A DNA stretch of 64,000 nucleotides. Source: Blepharisma stoltei ATCC 30299 (lineage: Eukaryota; Protista; Ciliophora). Each line of letters begins with the position of its first letter. Positions within the stretch are counted from its first letter, which is position 1. The notes beneath the pieces are model-generated. The model did not search any database. It had not been told where the DNA came from and saw only the letters and a list, made by a program, of their open reading frames with translations. Below are positions 23,101 through 36,358 of the stretch, one piece after another. The DNA is taken from contig CBFDEM010000037.1 of assembly GCA_965603825.1 (NCBI GenBank), forward strand, positions 62,001-126,000. Reading direction: 5' to 3'. The position numbers and the translations under genes are program-made.

Positions 23101-26100
23101 ATTCAATGGCTCTGAGTGCTCTGATTGCGGAACGTTCTGTTCCACTTGCAATGTAAACGCGAAAGTCTGCGACATTTGCATTGATACAGTTAAAATGACA
23201 GCAGTTTCTGGCACAGTAACTTGCTCATGCAAATCTGGTCAGCAAGTCACAGCGACAGGCTGTATTTGTGCTTCAGGATCATATTTCGACACTACAACGT
23301 GCTCAGCCTGTGGTAGCTTATGTGCTACATGTGCTGAAACAACTGGCAAATGTTTAACATGCAAAAACTCGGTAACTATGGAATTCGGCACTGATCCAAA
23401 GACTTGCAAATGCAAAGGCACTCAGCAGTACAACAGTGATACAGCTTCATGCTACTGCGCTTCAGGCTACTTCGATGGCTCAACTTGTCAGAGTTGCTCT
23501 GTCCTTTGCTCTACATGCGATTCTAGTAAGTGCTTAACTTGTCAAAATATTGCTAACCTTGAAGTTGATCTTACAAACCCTAAGACTTGCCATTGTGGGG
23601 CTAGCTATAAATGGATAGTAGCAACTAGTACCTGTGAGCAATGCGCTACCGGAACTTATTATGATGGAAGCCAATGTGCTTCCTGCTCTACCAACTGCGC
23701 AAGCTGCTTTGACGGGCTTGGAATATGCGGAAAATGCACTGATTCAAGAATGACACCAAACCTACTTGACTTAACTAAATGCATTTGCAAAGGAAACCAA
23801 ATTGTCAGTGGATCAACATGCACCTGTGACTCAGGGTTCTACTTCAATGGCGAAAATTGTGTGCAATGCTCCAGCTTATGCAGCTCTTGTTTAGATTACT
23901 CTGGGCAGTGCACATTGTGTAAAAATCCTCAAACAATGATATTCAACCCAATCAACAATAAAGCTTGTAAATGCATAGGTGATCAGTATCTTAGCAATGA
24001 TGCATGCACTTGTGATGCTGGCAAACAATTTAATGGTGAAATTTGCTCTACCTGCGGAAACTTTTGTAAAACTTGCAATGTCGCAGCAAATTCCTGTAGC
24101 GCCTGCATAAATGATAGCACAATGACAGCAGTTGCTAGCACGGTAACTTGTTCATGCAGACCTGGTCTAAATACCTTAACAACAGGCTGCACGTGTAATT
24201 CAAACTTTTACTTTGACGGCTCCAAATGCTCTGCCTGTGGTGATTTATGCGATACTTGCACTGATATCTCTGGAAAATGCAATGCATGCAAAAATATGGT
24301 AACTATGGAATTCACTACTGATCAAACGAATTGCAAATGCAAAGGCACTCAGCAGTATAACAGTGATACAGCTTCATGCTACTGCGCTCCAGGCTACTTC
24401 GATGGCTCAACTTGTCAGAGTTGCTCTGTCCTTTGCTCTACATGCGATTCTAGTAAATGTTTGACTTGTCAAAATATTGCTAACCTTGAAGTTGATCTTA
24501 CAAACCCTAAGACTTGCCATTGTGCCATCGGATACAAATGGATTGTAGAAGGTAACACCAGCACCTGCGGGAAATGTTTAGCTGGCACTTATTATGATGG
24601 AATCAAATGCTCTAGTTGCTCGACCAACTGTGCTACATGCTATGAAGGAGCTGGATTATGTGAAACCTGCAGTGACTCTTTGAGAATGAAAAAGAATCCA
24701 AATGAATTAACTAAATGTATTTGCAAAGGAAACCAAAAGGTCACTGGATCAACATGCTCTTGCGATGCAGGCTACTATTTTGATGGTGACAATTGTGTCC
24801 AATGCTCAGACTTATGCAAAACCTGCAAAGATTACACTGGTGAGTGTCAGGAGTGTGTTGATTCAACTAAGATGATGGTTGATACAACAAATAAGAAAAA
24901 CTGTAAATGCATAGGCGATCAAACTCTTTCTAATAAGCAATGCACTTGCTCAGGAAATAAACAATTCAACGGTTCTGTATGCTCTGATTGCGGCTATTTC
25001 TGCAGCACTTGTAACACTGAAACTAAGACATGCTTAACTTGTGTTGATTCTAGAAGAATGGCACCAGTCAGCGGCACCACTACTTGTGCATGTAAGTCAA
25101 ATCAAATTACAAATACTAACTCTTGTTCCTGTGCTTCTGGCTCTTACTTTGATGACACAACATGTCCTAGCTGCCAAAACAAATGTGTAAGCTGTAAAAG
25201 CTTGTGTGCTACCTGCGATGATTACACTGGATATTGTCAAACTTGTAAAGACACTGCAAGAATGGATACCGACCCAGCAGATAAAACAAAATGCATATGC
25301 AGAGGAACTCAACAGCTTGTCATTGCAACCTCTACTTGTAGCTGTGCAGCAGGTACCTATTATAATGGAACTACATGTCTTAAATGTGGAGATCGCTGCA
25401 CCACATGTGAGGACTATACTGGAAAATGCAAGACTTGCCTTGATCCTTCCAGAATGGACCTTTCTGATAAGATTTGCCAATGTAAAGGAAACCAGCAATC
25501 CAGTTCTGACGCATGCTCTTGTCTTTCAATGCAATACTATGACGGATCAACTTGCCAATCTTGTGGCAAAAACTGTAAGACTTGCAAAGACATGACTGCA
25601 GAATGTACATCATGTTATAGTAATTATGCCCTTGAACAATTAGCTCTCCCATTAGTTTGTTCTTGTCCTGCTAAAACCTATGATATCATTTCAGGCTGCA
25701 ATCCTTGTGGAACAATGTGTGCTTCTTGTTTGAATGCAGGAATTTGTTCAACTTGCAACGATGATACAGTTCAAGAACTAGACCAAAATAATAACCAGAA
25801 CTGTAAATGTAAAGCTGCTAACTACTATGATGGCATAACTTGCCAAAGCTGTGGAACTTACTGTTCTGCATGTGAAGCAACCAAATGTACTCAATGTGTG
25901 GACACAGATAATATGGTTTACAATGTTATTAGCGCTCACAATTGTGAATGCAAACTCGGAATGTACTATGACGCTAATTCAGGCAAATGCTTCAGTTGTA
26001 TAGATAAATGCAATGTTTGTAGCAGTGGCACAAGCTGTACTACTTGTGAAAGCGGATATTATTTCGATGTGCCTACGTCTAGCTGTAAAGTAACTACATG

Positions 26101-29100
26101 TACCTCTGGAACTTATTATGATGAAAACTCGTGTAAAGCATGTTCTGCTCCTTGCTTGGCTTGCTCCAGCTCAGCTTTCTGTTATACTTGCATTACAGCT
26201 GACCTTTCAATTGACGCCAGAGCTGGAACTTGTAACTGTGCGGCTGGTAAATGGTATAAGTCTTCTAGTAAGACTTGTGAGCTCTGTGGACAATACTGCT
26301 CAACTTGTACAGGAACTGCTGATTTCTGCTCAACTTGTATTGATTCTACTATGACTTATAATGCAGTCACAGGAGTGTGCACATGTCCAGCGAAAACTTA
26401 TTTCAGTGGAGGAGTTTGTAAGAGCTGCGCTGATCCTTGCTCGAATTGCAGCAGCCTGACATTCTGTTTAAGCTGTGTTGATGCTACAATGACCTTGACA
26501 ACAGCTACTGGAGTTTGTAGGTGTAAGGATGGATTTTACTTTGATTCAACAAGTCATAAGTGTTTGGCTTGCGATGCTACATGTGCTACCTGCTCTAGCT
26601 CATCAAGCTGCTCTACTTGCAAAGATCCTACAATGACTCTTAGTTCTGGTGTTTGTACTTGCTCTGCTCGCCAATATTTCGACACTCAATCTCTGTCCTG
26701 CAAGAACTGCGATGCTACCTGTGGAAAATGCACAAGCTCTTCTTCATCATCTTGCACTGCTTGCAGAGATCCAGCTATGACTTTGACCAATGGAGTTTGT
26801 ACTTGTCCAAGCACCCAATATTTCAATTTGGTTACAAACGCCTGTAAGACCTGCACTGGACCTTGCAAGAGCTGTACTTCTGATACTTTCTGCACATCTT
26901 GTCTTGATACAGCTACTCTCAATTCTCAAACTGGAGTCTGCTCATGTGCTGACAAACAATACTTTAACTCTACCCATTCCAAATGCACAACTTGCAATGG
27001 TCTCTGCAACACCTGTTCCTCATACTCAACCTGCATAACTTGTGTTGATAAGACAAACCCAGTCTCCAATGGTATATGCACATGTGCAAACGGATACTAT
27101 GCCTTAGACAAGCAATGTGTTATGTGTCCTTCCCCATGCTCAACTTGTTCTAGCGCCACATCATGTACTGGCTGTAAGAAGCACGCAACTCTAAATAACT
27201 CAAGCAAGAAATGCACTTGTGACAGAGGCTATGGCCTTAATAGTACTGATACTTCTGGATATTGTGTCGCTACTTGTAATAAGCTTTGCACTGTTTGTGA
27301 CATTGATAATGCCAATCTTTGCTCTAGTTGTGTGACAAATGCTGAGCTTTCAGGAACAACTTGTGCTTGCACTGCTAATTCTGCATATAGTAGTGCCACT
27401 GGAGGGTGCGCTTGCAATGCAGGGTATACGTTGTCAAATAGTAAGTGTGTAGTTTGCAAGAGGTATCTTACACCAAGTGACTTATTGTCTGCTGAATTCA
27501 GCTCGTCGTGGACGTCAATTTCTATTAATTTCAATACAAAGGTGGACACCTCAGTTGACCCGTCATGCTCGAAAACTTTCACCGCAGCAACAGTAGCCTT
27601 GTTTGGAACTGGTGCAGTTTGTTCATGGACTGATAAAAAGACACTCAAAGTAGCGTTAGGCACTGGCTTTTCACTACAGTCTAGCACTCTTTATTTGGAT
27701 GGAACTTATATTCTGAAAGATTCTTCTGATCCTTGCACTACTAACTATCAGCCTCTTTCGCTGATTCCCACATCTACATCTAGTCCTGTTCCTACAGCAG
27801 TTATAACTGGCCAATCCAGCTTTACTTTAGGCTGCGGGACTGATCCTCTTACATTCTCTGGCGACAAATCTACAGGATCTCTAGGAAATAATTTATCTTA
27901 CCTCTGGGCCGTTACTTCAATATCTCCAGCTAACTCCAAAGTATCGGACGCCATCAATAATAAAGCAGATTCTTCAATTTCTATAGACCGTTCCTACTTT
28001 GACTCAACTGCCACAACCACAGTTACCGCCAGCTTAACAGTGACCAATTTCTTGATCATTTCAAACACTGCTTCCTTTACAACCACAGTCACTGGTGGAA
28101 ATGCATTGACAGTGATATTTGACCAAGGCAATACAGTCTCTATGAAATCTTCGACGTCTAAAACACTTAAAGTAAAAGTCACTTCTCTATGTGGAACAAC
28201 TACTGGAACTATCACTTGGGCATGGAGTTATGACAGTGGACCGACTATAGACTCTACCTCAATTCTTGCTAACGCAAATGCAGATAAGCTAACCATTAAT
28301 GCGAATGCTTTGACAGCAAACTCTAATCCATATGTATTTATAGCAACTGCTTCACAAGTCAGCGATGGGTCGACAATTACAGGAAGTGCCACTATTTCAG
28401 TCACAGTAACTGCTTCACCATTAAGCGTTGGGCTATCTAAAACAAGTGGAGATGTTTCTCCTGACAAAGACTATACTGTTAACGCCCAAAATTCAAAAGA
28501 CCCTGACAATCCTAGCTCGACTTACAACGATTTTACGTATAAGTGGACTTGTTTGAATAGCTTAGATAACAGTGCATGTGTAGGAGCTGATGGCAAGACT
28601 CCTTTGAGTAGCGATACTGACTCCACTTTGACTATTCCTTCATCACAAATGGTTAAAGGAGCCCAATGGGATATTACTTGCACTATAACTAAAGACACAA
28701 GAACTGCTACTGCTACAATATCTCTAAATATTCTGAGCAAGGCATCTGACATCTCAATTGAAATTGAATACAAGGTCAAAAAATATAATCCATCCGAGAA
28801 TATTGTGATAACTGCTCAAGTCACAGCTGCTTCTACAGCTACTTTGAAATGGACTGAAAATTCAGGTTCAATCACCATTTCTCCTAGCTATTTGTCTACA
28901 ATGTCTGTGCTTTCTGGTCAGCTAACTCCAGGCTCAACATATACATTTACCCTCACAATTATATCTAATGATATTAGCTTTAAAGTTCATTATCCAGTCA
29001 CCTTTAATCTTGGTCCAGTTTGTAGCAAAGATGTTAGTCTAAATCCAGATCATGGCACAGCGATCATTACATCATTTAAATTAAGCATTGAGGGCTGCTA

Positions 29101-31249
29101 TGATAAAGATGAAGAAGACTACCCATTATCATATACTTACTTAGACTACTCCAACAATAAAGCATACACTCTTGGCTACACCACAGAAATTAACTCGCTG
29201 TCCACATACCTCTTCCCTCAAAAGAATACCATCACCATTCGTGTTTGTGATTACATGAAGACTTGCAATGAATATAAGAAAGATGTCACAATTGATAACT
29301 TTAATAGCAGGCGTTTAGAAACAAAATCATTGATGGATTATTATAAAGAAAGTACGGTTGACGTTGATAATGTGCCTTCTACCATTTCGCTATTTTGCGG
29401 CTCAGCGACTATTGATAGTGATCTATTCTCCCTTATGTGGACTGATTTGCAGAATTATATTTCAAGTAATCAGGTGAATAATGATGTATTGGAAAATGCA
29501 TTAGGTGCAACTTACTCAATGACAGGCCAAACAGAGCAGATGAGTGTAGAAATGTTCCAGACATTTGCTATATGACTTTCTAAAATTATTGTGGACAACC
29601 CTGATCTTGTACCAAGCCAAGATAACATGAATACTATTGTGGCTCTTGCTGATAATTATTTGGTGTATGGAAACATAACTGAGTTTTCTAGTCTGTCTCT
29701 TGAAGGATATATTATGAATATTGATGCATTCCTGACATATTGGGAAATAGCAGCCACTAAGGATGATTTGGTAACTCAAGGAGCTATGGACGGATCTCAA
29801 AACACTGATATGACTAAAATTTATAAGTATAGAGACTTCCCAACCTCGATGGCCAATCGCACAGTTCCGTTCTCCAACAACCGCACTATTTCTATGCCTG
29901 CAAAATTAAGCTATTCTGACACTGACGTCATGAATATTAAACTGCACTATTTCAACGCATTAAATGACTATTCTGACCTTGTTATGTTGAGTTTTGCACA
30001 GTCAGGAACTTATGAGAACTTAAAACTTGAAACCACAAACGAGACTTATGTGCCATTCTCTACCACTGATTATCCAGTTATCTTGGAAATGCCGATATCT
30101 CAGAATATCACTGAAGGGTATGACTGGACTTGCTTATTCTATAATGAGACTAGTAAGGCATGGCTTCATGATGGCTGCACTGTAACTGAAATCAAAAACG
30201 ATAGCGTTGTATTTGAAGTCTATCACTTCTCTATGTTCAAGCTTGGACAAGCCGAACCCCAAGCTCCACCGAATTCATATCCTCAACCTTCTGGGCCTTC
30301 TTGTGGCGATAACTACGCTCCACTTTATATTCTGGTCGTCGTCCTCTTCATTTCTATGATTTTGGCTCCAATTATGATTATATATGATAGGTTTGAAAAG
30401 GCAGGAAAGACTGTTGAAGCAACTCCTCGCCCTGTTCATGTTCCAAGACCTACTGAGCGAGCCTTGATGTCGCCTTCTACTGATAGCGTTGAAACTGCAC
30501 CAAGAAGCGCAAGGCACTTCTTCCCAGGTCCTCAGCCTACAGATTCAATCGAGCTCGCTGAAGGCGAAGAAATTGTTGAAGAGTCTGAACAAAGGAGTTC
30601 AGACTACGACAGTAACGAAATTGTTGACTCAGTAAGCATTGATTTGACTGAAAACTCATATGCTCAGCCAGTCGCAGCTGAAACTAAAGTAGAGAAGCCT
30701 GAAGATGAGTCTAAGACTGAGCTTGCTGAGCTCATTGAAGGACATTTGATAGTTGGTTTAGTTTACTACAGAAGCAACTTCTCAAGATGGGCTAGACTAT
30801 TCACACTGACAACAATCATTATATTTGAACTTTTACTTGAAGGATTGCTGCTATTTGGATTTGAAAATACTGACTCAGGATCCTCAGCATCCACTGAAAC
30901 TCTGTTCAATGACTATGAAGCTAAGTACTTCGGGTATACTATTTTGGCTCTTGCCATTGCAATTCCTATAGAAATTTTCATGGTAATTGCGTTGAGCATT
31001 GATAGAACTAAAGCTCCAGCTTGGACAGCTGCTGCAGTTGCGCTAGGTATTACTATCATTATTGGCTCTATAATTGGAATTGTTATGCTTAGCTTCTCGT
31101 TCTGCTTCGAGTGGAGTGGATACTGGGCTGTTTGCTTCCTCTATGGAATCTTGATACAGATATTCATATTTGAGACCTTCTATATGATTGTGAGATACTT
31201 TATTCTCCAAATGGTTCCACAGGTGGAAGAAACCAAGACTAAGGCTTAA
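11162..31249 (+). CDS. Giant Cys-rich REJ/GPS 5-TM polycystin-1-like surface receptor, copy 2 (6,695 aa, one TGA=Trp)
   Basis: ORFs 11162-29575 and 29591-31249 are in frame. The single TGA (29573-75) aligns with TGG/Trp in copies 1 (2649-51) and 3 (56729-31). The protein has a signal peptide (MSKRFLLCFIVAFMQLHA), CxxC furin-like repeats, a REJ-like region, GPS (30131-30238) and 5 TM helices. Confidence 0.9.
11690..14143 (+). repeat. Coding tandem repeat of ~54 aa (KKT[ST]CC-type Cys repeat), 15 units plus one KKSPSCC variant
   Basis: Units were counted in the translation. The block includes a near-identical 489-bp three-unit duplication (12501 vs 12990; 12662 vs 13151). Confidence 0.9.
16600..25100 (+). 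repeat. Higher-order coding repeat, 918-933 bp (~308 aa, ~6 furin-like subunits), 9 units; boundaries approximate
   Basis: The marker Trp of the Y[NYK]WI motif recurs at 17135, 18068, 18986, 19907, 20831, 21755, 22685, 23612 and 24539. Confidence 0.9.
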
Positions 31250-31677
31250 ATAACCTTTTCTATTAAACTCTTGTTTTTAATAAATAATAATTATAAATTC
31301 TTCTATTTTAAATCTAATAAAAATAACTCATATTTAAGTAAATTTACAAGAGATTATTTGTTTGTCTAAAGTGATTTGATAAAATCTCAAAGCTTATTAA
31401 TATTTTATAACTAAAATTTGTATTTAAAGAGAGGTATAACTTTTACTATTCAGCAATGCCAGTCAGGATTATTGCCCCTTTGAAATTTGTTTAGCATAAT
31501 TATTGAAAATAGAGAAAAAAGTAATCAAATATATAAATATTAAAATTTTTGTTTTCTCATATATTATTTATTATATATAAAAATTATAAAAAATTGATTT
31601 ATTTGCCTTCAATCATTTTTAAATGCCTCGAATCGTCACTATAGATTGTAGAAAGAATTATTTTTTATTTTTATTTC

Positions 31678-33066
31678 CAATTTCAATAAGAATTTTTCGA
31701 TTTAAGTCAAATTTGAAATATTCTCTTCCAGAGCCGATATCAATAGCTGAGATATAAATACCTCCTTTATTATATGAACAATATGTGAGAAAAGGATTAA
31801 AATTTATATTTGACTCTGCAACTCGGCTTCAGGTAGTGTAGCTTCCGATTTTACTCTCATAGATTCATCCACCTTCAAATTCAATCAAATACAGTCTCTC
31901 TTCTGTATTTGCTAACACATTTGTTTTGTTTCCATAAAACGGAAGAGAGATGTCTGAGAATGAGTCAAAATCAATTGAGTAAAGTAAAAGATAGTTTGGA
32001 TGATGAGTAAGATTTAAGGAAATCAAAATATTTCCATTAAAAATGACACAATGACAGCAGCCGTCATATGTTCTTTTTGAAGTTAATTCACGCCATGTAT
32101 TTAAATCTATATCATATCTACTAGATATAAAATCGTTTCCCCTAAAGTAGTAGACACTCCTGTTGAAATAGATAGCAGCAGCGTAGCCATGGGGCTTTTG
32201 ATATGGCAATAAGCGGACTTTATAGTTTCTATCAACTATAAAGGCACTGAAAACACGCTTTTCTCATTTGTATGTACCAAATAGCTCACCATTTGGAAGT
32301 GAGCAATGCAATTTATTTTATCTAATTTTCATTGGTATCCAAAGTCTTTCATATCTTCTCTTTCATTTTCAGTGTCATAAATAAGCAACTTCGTTTTTTC
32401 ATTATTTTCACCTATAAGATAGAGAGATGCGTTCTGATGATAAGAGTTGACAAAATCTTGATAAGCATGGCTGAATAAAGAACCATAAGCATGATTCTAA
32501 TTTAATAAGCAATTTTTCCTGAAATCTTGCTCTGTTTTTGCGCTATTTGGTTTACTTAATAAGGAAATTCTTTTTGCTTGTAATTTATTTAAAGAGCAAA
32601 TATACTTAAAGCTGCTATAATGTTCTAAGTCATCTGGAATTGTTGCTCTTGAGATCTTAAAACCATCATCAGGCTGTAAAAGCATGAGGTCAGAAATGGG
32701 GGATTCTTGTTTTGAAGTGCTTGATATCTTTGCAATCGATTCATTTATTTCTTCTAAATCAGTATTTAGCTTTGATAAAGTTTCTTCAACATTCTTTTTT
32801 GAGCTATAAAGGTTTACTCTAAAAGAAGCCAAGACAGCCTTCTTAAGTTTCTCTTTCTTAGACTTTTCTTTTGAAAGGAATCTAAGAATTGCATCTTTAG
32901 TTCGTTCGCAAGGCTCTACATAAATAAAATCAAAGGCATGAGCTCTGCATGGGAGTTTGAGATGATCTCCAAGATGGATCTCACAGCAGTAAGTTTCAGG
33001 AGATGAGCAACAGCAAGCAATTTGAGGTTCAAGTTCACAGCCTAGTTTAAAGCATAGATACGTCAT
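31678..33066 (-). pseudogene. Pseudogene copy of the Zn-finger/Kelch-like/TPR gene retaining only the N-terminal half
   Basis: It is colinear with 5958-7347. Lesions are a GAG>TAG nonsense change at 32497-99, a 1-nt deletion at ~32300, and loss of the TPR half through a deletion (equivalent to 4775-5957) at junction 31677/31678. Confidence 0.85.
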
Positions 33067-33616
33067 TATATTAATCACAATTAGCAAGCCCCCGATTTTA
33101 ATTTAACTAATATTCCTAACATTCAGTCATTAAATTTATATTCATATCACATTACTAACAGATTCTATTTTTTAGATCTCCTAAATTGAGTTTTAAACTC
33201 TTCAAAAACTTAGCTAATCTAAATCAAAGCTATGTTTTATAATATATCAGCTTTTTTCTATTGATTTCATTAAGCCTCTTTGCAGCAAATGGCTAATCAG
33301 AGGAAAAATTGAGGCAAGGCTCAACAAGATCTAAATAGTGCAAGTCTTTTAGTTAGAGAGGGTCCCAGATATAGTGAAATCTGACAAACTCCTTAGGGTT
33401 GGCTAGAACGGCTCCGAAGTTGGAAATAATATTGCCCAGAATAACAGAATGCGAACTACTGAAAACCTGGGGTTTCAAATGGATCTCTGAAAGCCTTGGA
33501 TAAAACCACTCCTCAGCGTCCCCATAACTGGAGTAGGCACGCCCTAAAACAGAAACCTAAAATAGCATATCACTAATTTATTCTATCAAAAAAAGTTAAA
33601 TTTCTAATTAATAAAT

Positions 33617-33935
33617 ACTTCCACCCTTGCAGAGGATGAAAGATAAGTTTGTGGCGCAAAGTGAGATGAGAGTATAATGGATGAACTCATCAGATTTTAT
33701 GGATTTCAATTTTCAACTCAGCTTTGGAAAAAATGTTGGCAACCAGATCGAAGAATCTAAAAAAAAAAAAGAAGATAATAAGGTTTTAGAGCAAAAATTG
33801 ACAAAAATAAAAGTGTTTAATAAAGAGAAGAAAATTTATATTGAAAAAAAAGATAGCAAGCGAAGGAAATGCTCTGGTTGTTTTAAGCTGTCAAGCATTG
33901 AAGATGCTATGCTGAAAGCATTGATTAAATTATAA
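33617..33935 (+). pseudogene. 5'-truncated duplicate of small gene paralog A
   Basis: It is homologous to ~8569-8884. About 0.7 kb upstream, including the start codon, is missing, and there is a 1-nt deletion at ~33685. Confidence 0.7.
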
Positions 33936-34134
33936 GCATATATAAATTTAGTTAATTATGATGGTATGCATACTCTATTTTCAATGATGCAGTTCCATAT
34001 ATGGAGCGGAATCTAAAATAAATAATAATTTTAGACTGGGAAATTAGTAAGTTTCTTTCTATTATAAGCCAATTTTCAGTTTCAATTATGTCACAATTGG
34101 AAAGACATATTAAACAATTTCATAATAAAATTAA

Positions 34135-34530
34135 ATGGTATCTTGGGATAATAACAAAAAATAAAAATATTTATGCTTCAGAGCATCAAAAGAAGCCTAA
34201 AGCTGTGAAAAATATGAAAAAGAGAAAAAATCCAAGAAGTTGGTGAGAAACTTCCATCCCCGTTGTAGAGGATGAAGGGTAAGTCATTGGCGCAAAATGA
34301 GATGGGAGTATAATGGATGAGACTCATCACAATTTATGGATTTCCGTTCTCACTTAAGCTACGGGGAAAATGCTGAAAAAGAAATTAAAAAAGCAAGAAC
34401 AAAAATAGAGGAAAATAAGGATTTGGAGCAAAAACTTACAGAAATAAAAGAGTCTAATAAAGAAAAGAAACTTGATAAGACTTTAACGTTTAATGAAGAT
34501 TCTATGCTGGAAATAATGCCAAAGATATAA
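34135..34530 (+). pseudogene. Degenerate duplicate of small gene paralog B
   Basis: It is homologous to 8991-9434. A +1/-1 indel pair near the 5' end creates in-frame TAA stops, and there is an internal deletion near the 3' end. Confidence 0.7.
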
Positions 34531-36358
34531 ATATTGATATTTTTAAATTATATGAATAATTTATTCAGTTCTCAATATTTAATGAATTTTGATTCTATTG
34601 ATCAAAAGCACAATGCACAAAATTAATGCTAAAATATTGATATGTGGTTATAAGAAAGATTCATCTTCGATTAGACGCTTTCAAAAATATTGCATCTAAA
34701 GGCTTAGCCTCGAGGAGGGCTTCCTCAACCTAGCTTTACGGTAGAGTAATTTCCATAATCGCTCAGAAATCTCCGTTTCCTACTCGAGCACCAAATTACA
34801 AACCCTGCTTAGCCCAGTCAGATTGCCCAATAAAGAGATCCTTTTCGATAGAAGAGGCTCTCATTTATTTACTACTTGCTCTCTTTGGAGCCTAGTCTTT
34901 CATCCTTTCAATTGAGTCATTTTCAAATGAAAATCAAAACCGCTTATGCAATTCCTGACAAAATCACTTAGCAGCTGAGGTAGGTAAGCCACTCTGCCTT
35001 TTCGAATACGCATCCTGGACAAAAAAGCTCAAGCCAGACACTGATCAGCGAAAATAGTTCTTAGACAGCTTCTTGCACCAAAATATTACTTTTGGTATGC
35101 ATAAGATAAAATTCACTGTTGACTGAGAATTTTATGCATATTACGAATGAATTCTCATAATGCCAAAGCTCATAGCAGACTACCAAAGCTTTCAGATGGA
35201 CTTATTAGATTTAGCTACTAGTTAGGTTCACCGGTTTGACTGCAAATCTGCTAAAGTTATATAAATAAATTCAATATAAACAAATAATCATTCATCTCTC
35301 TGTTGCTATTATTTTAAAATGAATTTTAGCAGGTTAAGTTATTTGAAATTATTAATTTAAAGTAAAATCAAATAATCCTAAACAATTTTCAAAATTCACA
35401 ATAAAAAGCTATTTGAAAAGCAATATAAAATTTATATATAAAATGAAGGAATTAATTGTTCCTTTTATCAATTTATCTAAATAAATTTCAATTATATTAA
35501 ATTTTATTAATTCAAAATATCGATCTAAAATTTTTAATCAAGCATTTACTAAATTTATATTTATTTAACTCGATAAATAGTTTTCTTAAATAAAATACCA
35601 AAAGCTCGGCTAAATATTTTTACTGACCATCTTTTATTTAGATTTTTGTTAAAAATTTACTGATTGCCAATAATTCATCCCAAGGTCTTCCTGATGAATG
35701 TTTTACTCAAATTTAATTTCTTTTACCTAATGCTCAAAAAAATCTTTCTTTAGCTTTTCTCCATTTCGATGGTGTATTCATTTTTTATTTAAATATAAAG
35801 ACCTTAATTTAAACTAAAAATTCATAAGGAAACAAGAAGCTTTAAAATTATCATTAAGATAGAAATATTAAATTATAAATTCATTTCTCTCAAATTCTTT
35901 TAATCGAAATTATTAGAGGTGAATTATATAAAATCTGATTAGAAATTTGACATCTTTTTGTCAATTTTCTATTGATTTCTTAGCTCTAGGTAATATTTTA
36001 GATCTAAAGGAATGATAATTTTTGATTATAAATTTATCCAAAGCTATCAAAAGTTTATCTAAATTCTACGTGTTTCTTATAATTTAATCTAATTAATAAC
36101 TATATTAATTTTTTAGTCCCTTTTCAGGTCCTTGGCTTAAGGCTTCCATAATTCCCATAATTATAAAAATTACTTAATTTGTCTTAAAAATTCCGTCATT
36201 TTTATCCAGCTAATAATTTTATCATCTTAATTTAAGCGTCTCGTCCAACAACCTTTCATAATTTAAGTTTATAAGCTAAACTCTATAGCTAAAAAGGGTC
36301 GTTAGGATTTTTTCCATTCACCTAAAGCTCACTAATTAATCCTATGGCTTATAAAAAT

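Noticed and set aside
11162-27500. Giardia VSP or ciliate GPI-anchored immobilisation antigen
   Set aside because: The CxxC repeats are superficially similar. However, the C-terminus is REJ/GPS/5-TM rather than a single TM with CRGKA or a GPI signal, and the genetic code does not fit Giardia.
29573-29575. Copies 2 and 3 as nonsense-disrupted pseudogenes or split two-gene loci (TGA at 29573 and 40763)
   Set aside because: The frames continue perfectly. The first TGA aligns with Trp in both paralogs, and independent genes show the same TGA=Trp behaviour.
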